A stretch of DNA of 64,000 nt from an uncultured virus (IMG/VR IMGVR_UViG_3300045836_000189) (Duplodnaviria; Heunggongvirae; Uroviricota; Caudoviricetes): positions 62,001 through 126,000 of IMG/VR virus record IMGVR_UViG_3300045836_000189; one strand, written 5' to 3'. The first letter of the stretch is position 1; each line of letters opens with the position of its first letter. Shown here piece after piece: positions 1 through 9,700 of the stretch. The position numbers and the translations under genes are program-made. The notes beneath the pieces were generated by a model, which did not search any database, was not told where the DNA came from, and saw nothing but the letters and a program-made list of their open reading frames with translations.

Positions 1-2
1 AT

Positions 3-3000
3 GACCTCTTAGTTAAAGAGGAGAAAACAGATAATGCCCTCGGTATCCGGGATAGCATCTCTGTGGATCCCAAGAAGATGAGTGCCGTGAATGTAAAGCT
101 TTTACTGGCCTCTCTTCCGATGACCACAAACCGTAAGGGTAATGTGAAGCTGCAGTATAACCTGCAGATGAATCAGCCACGTCTGGAAGATTACAGCCGG
201 GTGCATAATATCCTCTTAAATGAGCTCAGTAACCTGGTTACCGTGCATGGTGAAGATGGCAGTCAGCATCCGATGATTGCCCAGATGTTTGAAAAGCTGG
301 ATAGCAAATACCGTTATCCAAGTGGCAACTACCGGGATGGGTATGGCTGGATCAGATCCGTAAAGGTTCGTTTGAGGTATGAGGATGTGAATGGGGAGAA
401 AGTACCCGTGGAATCCCTGTCACAGGATGACATTATGCTGCAGGTGGCTTTTGTAAAGTCATTTACCAATGCCAAGACCACTCCTCAGAACCTGATTGTA
501 GGGGAAAATGGCTACATCTACAGCATGAATCCTATTGGTGATACCAATATCAAGAGAGTAAGGGAATCCTGGAGTAACAACCTTAAAACTGCCATTATGA
601 AAAACGCGGAGGGCCTGGTAAAAGTCAATCCTTCCGGCATGATGGAGTTAAACAGGAACAGCCAGGACTACCATGACCTGATGGGTATCCTTGCTAACAA
701 GCAGGCACTTGACCTGGAGAAAGCATTGGCTGCTTATAAAAAGATGGGCATTGAGTTCTCCGGAACCACACAACAGCTTAATGAGAACAGTGTATTGTTA
801 AACGGTACCCTGCTGCATATCCTTACCCAGATGAATGAGGGTGCCATCAACAACGTGACTGACCTTTATGGTAACAACGTGGTAAGTGGCCGTATCAACG
901 ACCTCCTGGATCTGGAAGCTACCTTTTCTGCAGAAGATGGGGAGCTGTCCTATAGAAACGCGGACGGTGAGCAGCAGTACAGCGTAAGCATTCCAAGCCT
1001 GCTTTCCAATACGATCAACATCCTCAATACAGTACGTTCTCAAAAAGAACTGGTACAATCAGCTCCGTGGCTGGGATATATTGATGATAAGGGAGAAGCC
1101 CAGTTCTATGCTTACCAGCAAAACAGTGAGCTTTTGAAAAAAGGCGGACTGCTGTTTAATACCAAGGGCAACCGTAAAAAGGGTAATGACTCCAAAATGG
1201 CCTACCAGGTAATATCTGGTATGACTACCCTGCTACAGGGAACCAGCACTGCTAAACTGCAGTTTCCGGACCGTGTGGCCAATGAGATCCACTATCTTTT
1301 AAATAACACAGTATTCTCTGTAATCAACTCTGATAAATCCACAGAGTTTGGAATAGGCATCCCAGGCAAGCAGTTACTGGTAAGCAAAGAGGATATTGAC
1401 GGCCTGCTGCATTTTAACAATTCCAAAGTTACCGATAAATACATAGCCCATCTTTCTGATGAGATGAATGCTGCCGTGGTGAACAAGTACAAGCCAAGCA
1501 GCGTGCAGTATTATGCAAAACAGGTACGTTCACTGGGACACTTCAAAGATATTCTTGGTGATAAACTTGTATCACAGTTCCAGAAGGAAGTACTGGACAG
1601 CAATAAATATCCAGGCCCTAAAGGTCATGAGCGTTTTATAGAAAAGAACAGAGCTGCCATTGCCGATGCTATCAACAAGTACATCCTGGCTGAGACAGAT
1701 AAAACCGTAAGCTTCCTGAAAAAACTGGATCTGTTTACCAAGCAGGGAACTGTATATACAACGGATGCCATTGACAATAACCTTCTTGCGGATATACTAA
1801 AGACCTCAGAGACTTATAATGACCGCCAGGCTTTTACAGAGAACAATCTCCGTACACTGGCTGGTATCCTGGTGACTAACAAAGAGCTGCTTACTGCAGA
1901 ACAGCATAAGTTGATCTATGGTCACCCGGCTTACTATAAAGACCTTGCAAAGCGTGCCAATGGTGCTACATCTACTAAGGAACAAATGGTGGACGATCCA
2001 TCGGTGCTGAAATGGATGGATGCTAATATGCCACGACTGGACGGCAAGAGCCGCTCAGAGGAAGCTCATCCAACTATAAGCATTATCTCGTTTAAAGATC
2101 AGAACGTAGTGAGTGCCTTTTACCAGGAGATTGCGGATGCTATTGGGGAAAACCAGGTTTACCAGGAACTCAATGAGGCTGATGCCATGGCCTGGGGTAT
2201 GCCAGACATGGTAAGGGATATGCTGTTTTTAACAGGCAAGCTGACCAAGGAACAAATGGCCCAGTTTGACTACGAGACTGCTTATGAGAAACTTGCCCTG
2301 AGCAAACTAAATCCTGGGAAGTACGAGCAGAAAGAACTGGAGGCTGCCCAGCAGATCGTGGACAAAGGAGATCCTGGATATGTCTTCCAGGTACTGAAGC
2401 CACAGTATTTTGGTTTTGCTGTTGATGAGAATTCCCTGCACCCTGTGTTCTTGAAACACTCCGTACAGCCTAAGTTCTTCCGTCACGTAGAAGGTACACA
2501 ATTTGAGAAGCTCTTCCTTGCAGCCCGCAAAAACCAGATGGACCTGATTGGGTTTGAGTCTGGTGAAAAAGTAGGTAACGTGCTGGGGCCTGATGGAGAA
2601 TTCACTCCCCTGTATAATGATCTTGGTGAGATCAATATAGTGGAAAAAGAGGACGGTTATGATCTTCCTTCAGACCTTGCCAAGCAACAGCTTTATTCCA
2701 GGTTCTATGGTATCCAGGTGGAAACCTCTGCCAAACCGAAGAATGAGGTGGTACGTGGTACCCAGGTAACCAAGTTGATCATGGTTAACTTCTTTGAGAA
2801 CGGTAATGCCCTGGATGAGAAGGTTGCACAGGTGGTCACAGACTACAACAAGACCCTGGAAGCCATGATGGATCTGGGCAAGAAAAAGCTGCTCAAGGAG
2901 CTTGGACTTAAAGTAGATGAGCACGGAAACTATGAAACAGAGGATCTGAATTCCCTGGTAGGGCTCCTTCGTAAGGAAGCCGAGAGCAGGGATCTGCCGG

Positions 3001-6000
3001 ATAACATGATTGATGGCATCTCCTCTATCCTGGAGGAAGATGGTAGTCACTCTTTGAAATACAAGTTTGATACCCTGATCAACCGGGAGAAGATTGATAA
3101 CATCCTGAATTCTATTATAGACTCCAGGGTCATCTCTGAAAAGATGAATGGTAAGGCTTCCGTACAGGTTGCCTCCACCCTCTATGAGTCAAGTCCAAGG
3201 GACTTCCTGTATCTGAAAGATGGTAAGTATACCCAGCTGAATAAAGCGGATCTGGGCAGCCTTACCAAAGAAGAACGTGATAGTATCCGGATGCAGTCAT
3301 CAGACCTTAAGTTCTACACCAATAAGGACGGCAAGCTTACTTCCATGGAAGTATACATTGCCTGGCCATATAAGGATGTAAATCCTGAAGACCTTGGTCT
3401 GAAGCTGGAGAATGGTATTTACAAGCTTTCAGGAGACAGCAAGGTAGACGATGCCCTGCTTCGCTCACTGGGCTTCCGTATTCCTACCCAAGGTATGAAC
3501 TCCATTGAGAGTCTCCGTATCAAAGGATTTACTCCGGCAACAAACGGGGATATGATCGTGGTGCCTTCAGAGCTGGTAGGTAAGTCAGGATCCGACTTTG
3601 ATATTGACAAAATGAACCTGTATCTGCCTAACTACAGGTACAATTCCAGATCCGGGAAAGTAGAAGCCGTTCCGTTCCTGACCAATGAAAACTCAACGGT
3701 ACAGGAGCGTTACTTGAATTATGTAAAAGATTCTACCCGTGATTACCGTAACATCATCTCTTCGTTCAAGTATTCAGAGGAATATCTGACCAAGCAGGAA
3801 AGGATCCAGGCTGCCTTTGATAAAGCCAAGGGTGCCCAGCAGGAAGTAGACGCGGAGAGGGCTGAAATAGATAACGTATACCAGGAGGGCTATGAGATAT
3901 TCTCTGATCTGCCGTTGGCTATCCGTCAGCAGTATTATGAAACTGAGCGGGATCTTAACAGCCGTGGGATTGAAGGTCTGGATAAAATTGCTACTTATCT
4001 GCAGTATACCAAGCAATGGAAAGATGCCTTTGCAGATGGAATGGGTGTTCAGCTGGAGGAGAGTCATACGGATAAGAAAGGAAATACAACCAAGCAGGTT
4101 GTAGTAGTTACGCCACAAGAAGTAAATAGCTTGTTTGACCAGTTAATGGATAACTACCGTAAAACAGCTGATGCCATTGGAGTCTCTGAAGAAGCAATGG
4201 CCAAGGTAGAGCGTATGTATGCTGATGCCAAGTTCAAAAAGGATCTCCTTAATGAAAACTTCCGGATAAGTGCTGCATCAGTGATTGCAGAAGCAACCGG
4301 TCTGCCTTCTCTGGAAGAGTTCTCTCACCTGCCTATAGAAAAACAAAATAACAGCAAGGCACTCCAGAACCGTTTCATGGATCTGATGCATGAGCTGGTA
4401 CTTCATCCTGCCAACTATGAACAGCTGGTAACACCAAACGGTGTGGATGACATCAAAGGATTGGCTACCAAGATCAGCAAGCTGAAAGTACAGGCAGGTA
4501 CAAAATCCGAGCAGAATGAAAAATCCCCTACGTTCCTGAGAAGCTTCGTTGGAGCGTCACAGATCCGGGAGCGTTACCTTACTGCCAAACGAATGGTAGG
4601 TATTGCGGCCTTACAATCCACATTCCACTCCATGGCACAGGTAGCAGGTACCCGTTTAATGGATCACTTCAAGACAGATGGTATTTACTACCTCATGAAT
4701 GATGGGGAAGAAAACAAGGCCGTTACCATCAAGCTCCGTCATAATGCTCCTGATGAATCCGGACAGTTCAGCGTAGGTCATAAGCTGGATGCTGAAGGGA
4801 AGCTGATCTCAGAGAACATGTCCCAGAAGCTAACCGGTTTCGTGGATGGTGCCAAGGACCCTTTTGTGTTTGACTTGAACCTGAACATGGATACAGCAGC
4901 CACCTGGTTCCTCCTGGATCACCTGGGAGTACCTCAGGAAGATACTGCTTACTTCTTTAATCAGCCGGTACTGGACAGTTATTTTGATAACATGGCACAG
5001 AACAACTCCAGCTTTAAGAAGATCAATGGTAACAAGCTGACCAGGGAAGAGCTCTTCTTAAAAACGGTAGCCCCTTATTTTGAAAAGCTTACCGGGGTGG
5101 ACCTGATGGAGGAAATCGTAAACCAGGATCCAAAGACCAAAGCAGAGCGTGACCAGATCCGTTTCAAGAAAAAGGGATATATCGCACAGATGAGGACTAT
5201 TGCTACAGAGATAGAGCAGTTCTCTTTATCTGAAATGGAAAAAGGTATCAAGGGCGGAAAGGATCATGCGGATCCCAAGCTGCAGATTGCCGTGATGTTT
5301 TCCTACCTGGAGCATAACGCACAGGCTCAGTTGCTGGGCAATTATATCAAAGCCATAGGCTATGATAACTCCCGTACCAAGTCCATCCAGGAGAACCAGC
5401 TGCAGGTAGCTAACTGGCAGAGAAGCTTAAAGGAAGGCTTTGTGGCCAACCCGAATGCTATCCTGGAAAAGACCTTTATAGGGGAAATGAAGAAGCACAA
5501 GGAAGATGTATTCAATATGTACAAGCAGTTCTTTGTGACCATGTCTGAAAGAGTTCAGAAAGTATTCAAGCCTCTTGAAGATAAGATCAACGATCCGGAT
5601 TACCTGGCATCCGGAGATGACAAAGGGGAGTTATTAAACCGCTATCAGAACTTCGTACTGGCCTACTTGCTACACACAACACCTTTTGTGGAAGAGAACA
5701 AGGTAGTCACCCTGAATAAGCTTTATAAGCAGTTCTTCCAGGGGGATGATTCCATGGCCAAACTTCTGCAGCGTTACAAGAACTCTTCTGATACTATCAT
5801 CCGTAATAACAGGATCATCCAGGAGCTGCTCCCTATGATGAACAGGGATACCAACCTGACAGATAACATTGCCCTGTTCCGCAACAAGCTGGATACCTAC
5901 CAGGTAAACCAGATGATTGAGGAGCTGGACAACCTGAGGAACTATGCCCAGGAGACAGCTGATGATGAACTGGAAAGCTTTGCGAACAACCTGGCTAAGT

Positions 6001-6692
6001 TCTCCATCATGCAGAATGGTTTCCAGAGCGGAAGAACAGACTATCGTAAGGTACTCTCTACCTCTATCTATTCAGACCTGGTGAATAATATCCTGGATCA
6101 TTTTGATGCCATTGGTAAAGAGCTGGATCCTTATGATGTATGGAGGAAATTCCACCAGAACAACTGGAGGAATGGAGCTATCGTGCAGAAAGTTCCAGAT
6201 AATGTAAAGGTGAAACAGGGACGGATACTGATCTCTGAAAAGATGTCTGTTACTTCCAACATGTACCTGTTAAAATACACCTTCCGCCCAGGGCTTCAAC
6301 GTAACCAGATTGATGAACTCCTTCGTCAGAAAAGAGGTGATGAGGTCTTTATACCAATGCTGTTTGAGCGGAAGCGTTTGCTGGATAATGGCAAGTGGCT
6401 CTATGAAAGTATTCCGATGCTGGGAGATGGTACCCGCTTTTTGGAGATCCCTTCAGCTGATGAGGATTCTATCCTGCCAAAGAACGGTAAGGGAACCACT
6501 CCTGGTTCTACTACCCCGGAAGCCAACACCTCCGGAGTAGCCTTTGCAGAACAAAAAAGTTATGGACCGGAAGAGGTAAATACCAACGAGAATTCGTATA
6601 ATAGTACAACACCACAAGACACTATAATCCCTGCCGGAAGTGAAGTGCGGACTGCACTGGATAAACTGGATGGCGGATGTAAATCAGAATAA
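3..6692 (+). CDS. Giant virion-packaged DNA-dependent RNA polymerase, crAss-like type; 5'-truncated by the window edge
   Basis: More than 2200 aa. Catalytic loop GSDFDIDK at about 3588-3611 is preceded by GFRIPTQG, as in crAss-like virion RNAPs. The frame is open from position 3 with no stop, so the true start lies upstream. Confidence 0.9.
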   Translation, partial: DLLVKEEKTDNALGIRDSISVDPKKMSAVNVKLLLASLPMTTNRKGNVKLQYNLQMNQPRLEDYSRVHNILLNELSNLVTVHGEDGSQHPMIAQMFEKLDSKYRYPSGNYRDGYGWIRSVKVRLRYEDVNGEKVPVESLSQDDIMLQVAFVKSFTNAKTTPQNLIVGENGYIYSMNPIGDTNIKRVRESWSNNLKTAIMKNAEGLVKVNPSGMMELNRNSQDYHDLMGILANKQALDLEKALAAYKKMGIEFSGTTQQLNENSVLLNGTLLHILTQMNEGAINNVTDLYGNNVVSGRINDLLDLEATFSAEDGELSYRNADGEQQYSVSIPSLLSNTINILNTVRSQKELVQSAPWLGYIDDKGEAQFYAYQQNSELLKKGGLLFNTKGNRKKGNDSKMAYQVISGMTTLLQGTSTAKLQFPDRVANEIHYLLNNTVFSVINSDKSTEFGIGIPGKQLLVSKEDIDGLLHFNNSKVTDKYIAHLSDEMNAAVVNKYKPSSVQYYAKQVRSLGHFKDILGDKLVSQFQKEVLDSNKYPGPKGHERFIEKNRAAIADAINKYILAETDKTVSFLKKLDLFTKQGTVYTTDAIDNNLLADILKTSETYNDRQAFTENNLRTLAGILVTNKELLTAEQHKLIYGHPAYYKDLAKRANGATSTKEQMVDDPSVLKWMDANMPRLDGKSRSEEAHPTISIISFKDQNVVSAFYQEIADAIGENQVYQELNEADAMAWGMPDMVRDMLFLTGKLTKEQMAQFDYETAYEKLALSKLNPGKYEQKELEAAQQIVDKGDPGYVFQVLKPQYFGFAVDENSLHPVFLKHSVQPKFFRHVEGTQFEKLFLAARKNQMDLIGFESGEKVGNVLGPDGEFTPLYNDLGEINIVEKEDGYDLPSDLAKQQLYSRFYGIQVETSAKPKNEVVRGTQVTKLIMVNFFENGNALDEKVAQVVTDYNKTLEAMMDLGKKKLLKELGLKVDEHGNYETEDLNSLVGLLRKEAESRDLPDNMIDGISSILEEDGSHSLKYKFDTLINREKIDNILNSIIDSRVISEKMNGKASVQVASTLYESSPRDFLYLKDGKYTQLNKADLGSLTKEERDSIRMQSSDLKFYTNKDGKLTSMEVYIAWPYKDVNPEDLGLKLENGIYKLSGDSKVDDALLRSLGFRIPTQGMNSIESLRIKGFTPATNGDMIVVPSELVGKSGSDFDIDKMNLYLPNYRYNSRSGKVEAVPFLTNENSTVQERYLNYVKDSTRDYRNIISSFKYSEEYLTKQERIQAAFDKAKGAQQEVDAERAEIDNVYQEGYEIFSDLPLAIRQQYYETERDLNSRGIEGLDKIATYLQYTKQWKDAFADGMGVQLEESHTDKKGNTTKQVVVVTPQEVNSLFDQLMDNYRKTADAIGVSEEAMAKVERMYADAKFKKDLLNENFRISAASVIAEATGLPSLEEFSHLPIEKQNNSKALQNRFMDLMHELVLHPANYEQLVTPNGVDDIKGLATKISKLKVQAGTKSEQNEKSPTFLRSFVGASQIRERYLTAKRMVGIAALQSTFHSMAQVAGTRLMDHFKTDGIYYLMNDGEENKAVTIKLRHNAPDESGQFSVGHKLDAEGKLISENMSQKLTGFVDGAKDPFVFDLNLNMDTAATWFLLDHLGVPQEDTAYFFNQPVLDSYFDNMAQNNSSFKKINGNKLTREELFLKTVAPYFEKLTGVDLMEEIVNQDPKTKAERDQIRFKKKGYIAQMRTIATEIEQFSLSEMEKGIKGGKDHADPKLQIAVMFSYLEHNAQAQLLGNYIKAIGYDNSRTKSIQENQLQVANWQRSLKEGFVANPNAILEKTFIGEMKKHKEDVFNMYKQFFVTMSERVQKVFKPLEDKINDPDYLASGDDKGELLNRYQNFVLAYLLHTTPFVEENKVVTLNKLYKQFFQGDDSMAKLLQRYKNSSDTIIRNNRIIQELLPMMNRDTNLTDNIALFRNKLDTYQVNQMIEELDNLRNYAQETADDELESFANNLAKFSIMQNGFQSGRTDYRKVLSTSIYSDLVNNILDHFDAIGKELDPYDVWRKFHQNNWRNGAIVQKVPDNVKVKQGRILISEKMSVTSNMYLLKYTFRPGLQRNQIDELLRQKRGDEVFIPMLFERKRLLDNGKWLYESIPMLGDGTRFLEIPSADEDSILPKNGKGTTPGSTTPEANTSGVAFAEQKSYGPEEVNTNENSYNSTTPQDTIIPAGSEVRTALDKLDGGCKSE

Positions 6693-6716
6693 ACCCTAAG
6701 ACCCGTACCCTAACAC

Positions 6717-9700
6717 ATGTCATGTCAAGTATTTCGTAATGACTCTGGTGAAATATCCAGGGTCACTGCTCCTAACGGAGAAGAATCAGAATTATATAAG
6801 TCTATTAACCGGGAGATCCCGGATAAGGAAGAAGCTCTCAAGATCTGGGCCCAGGTATATACACAGTCTTTTAAGGACTGGTTCGGTGACTGGGAGAAAG
6901 ACCTTGGTAACGCCAGCAAAGTGGTTGATAAGAATGGAGAACCATTGGTAGTTTATCATGCTGGAGCAAATGATATAGAAGTATTCAAAGAAGGAACTAA
7001 CGGCTTAGGGAAATATGGTAAAGGTATTTACTTTACTCCTAACAGAATGACTGCTGATGAGTACTCAGAAATGTTTCAGGTTTCTAAAATATATCCAGTA
7101 TTCTTAAATATAAAGAGTCCTCTGCATACTAATGAAATTTTTGGTAAAGGAGGATTAGAACTTTCACAAGATCAAATAAATGAGAGGACAAGAAACCATG
7201 ATGGAATTATCCGTAAATTCTTATATCCTGATGGTTTTGATCTAAATGAGCTAACAGAAAATGAAATAGGCTATAATGATGAATACATAGTCTTTAAATC
7301 TAATCAGATAAAGTCTGTAAGTAATAATGGTAATTATTCTAAAGCAGATAACAACATCTATCACCAGCAGGAACCTCAATCCCAGTTACCCTCCAATGAA
7401 GAAATTAATCGTCAGGTTGAAAGCTTCCTGGAGAAGATTGGTGTATCCGTCCATGCTGTAAGGGACATCCGTGATAAAGACGGAAAGAAGATCAATGCCA
7501 TAGCTAAGGCAGACATGCTCAACAAGATCGTTGAAGTAGTCCAGGACCGGGCAGACATCACTACTCTCCCGGAGGAAGCTGCTCACTTTTTTGTAGAGAT
7601 GCTGGGTGAAAATCATCCACTCTTAAAAGAAATGATGGGTAAGATTACCGGATATAGTCTTTACCCGGAAGTGGTGAATCAGTATAAGAACAACAAGTCC
7701 TATCGTAATGAGGATGGTACTATTAACTTTACCAAGGTCAAAAAAGAAGCTATTGGTAAATTAATAGCTGAGCATATTATTAAACAAGAATACGGAGAGG
7801 AGACCGAGGCAAAGCTTACCCAGGCAATGAACTGGTGGAACAAGCTATTGGACTTTTTAAGGAATCTATTCTCTAAGGCTCAAGTGTCAGATAACCCCTT
7901 TGCAGAGGTAGCCCGTAAGATTCGTAATCAGGACACAGAAGATCTGGATATTAACTCTGGATTGAAGCAGGCCGGTGAGTTCTATCAGTTAGATGAGAGT
8001 CTTGATAAACTAAACCAGGACCAGGAAAAAATCAAATTAGATAACTCCGTGGATCCGGTATCCGGACAGAAAAGACACATCTATACCTATGATGGAGAGC
8101 AGGCCAGAGGATCTGTGACCGGTGTATATGTAGACCCTTGGTTAAAGAAGAAGTTCCCCAGTGACCGCAGAAGTGAAAAGCAGAAGCTGATAGACCTGGC
8201 CAAAGCTGAATACGGAGACATCATCCACGAGGAGATGCAGAACATCGTGCGTTCCTGGACTGATGAAAATGGTGTGTTGAAAGATACCCAGGGCCCCCAT
8301 GCCATGCTGACAGATGAGGATACCTATAACAAACTAAACCGCTACTTCCGGGAGCTGGTGAAGAACTATCCCCCAGGTACGATCTTTAAGGCAGAGACCA
8401 AGGTCTATGATAAAAAGACCAAGGTGGCGGGCAGTATTGACTTCCTGGCCATACAGCCTGATGGTACTGTGGATATGCTGGACTGGAAAAGCCAGGAGAT
8501 CGGTAAGGGCCAGGATGACCTGAAAGCCTATAAGTCAGAGATGTACAGGATACAGCTGGAAAACTACCGCAAGATCCTGCAGCTGCAGTATGGTTTTGAG
8601 AAGTTTGGTAAGATCCGTGCTATCCCGATCAGGACTGAGTTCGTCTATGACCAGAAGGGAATATCCAAATTAAAGCAGATTGAGATAGGCACAGTGGATC
8701 CATCACAGATTCCAGATGGAAAAGACTATCTTTTACCAGTCACCCTTAAGTCAGAAGGTACCGGTGATGAAGAGGTGGACGAGATGCTTAAGAAGCTTCA
8801 TGCTATCTATGATAAGATTGCTGCTACCCGGTACGGAAAAGATGAGCTCTATAAAAAAAGGGATGAGCTGGGTAAGTTAAACAAGGCAATCCGTGACCTG
8901 CAACTCCGTGGGAAGATGAACAAGCTGATCGAGCTGGGCCTGTTGCAGTTCAACAAATACAGTGAGAAGATCAACTCCCATACGTTGACCGGCAAGGACA
9001 TCATGGAGGCAGAAAAGATCCTCCAGGTATTCAATGACTCCGGGATCTTTCTCTATGACATGATGCAGGATCTGCATGAAGCTGCCAAAGAGAATAAAGA
9101 GGATGCCGGAGCTATGCAGGCTTATGAGGATATGAAAAACAAGTTCCTCTCCATGACCGCCCGCACCGGTAAGCTGATCTCTGATATAGCTAAATACCGG
9201 GACCAGGAGGCACAGCGTCTGGGACAGGAAAATGGTGTGGATAATCTGCTAAAGGCAGAGGCACCCATTGGCCCACTCAACGGCATGTTTGCTGCATTAA
9301 GTAAAATCTCCCGTAAGTCCTTTGAGACGTTTAGTAAGATATTACAGTATGCACAGCACAAACGTGATGTAAGGTTTACCAAAGCTGCCCACGAGCTGGA
9401 TCACCATAAAGCTGCCATGAAAGAGTTTGCTGTTAAAAAGGGGATCTCTGAAGAGCAAGCCTGGGACATGATGCTGGGAGAAAAAGATGGTAAGTGGAAC
9501 GGTAACTTCCTTGCAAAGTATAAGTCAGATTTTTATAAGCTCCGTGATGAGGCTATCAAGAAGAATAACCTCCGGTGGATGTTGGATAACCTGGTCTTTG
9601 ATGATGTGCGTTATAAGGAAGTGGAAAAGGACATGGAAGAGCGGTTCCATGCCATGCAGTATGAACTGGATGCCAAAAAGAATGAAGAGGCTATCCAGAA

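Noticed and set aside
6640..6692. Shared tail motif at the RNAP C-terminus (VRTALDKLDGG)
   Set aside because: Only a partial ALDKL match, which could easily arise by chance.
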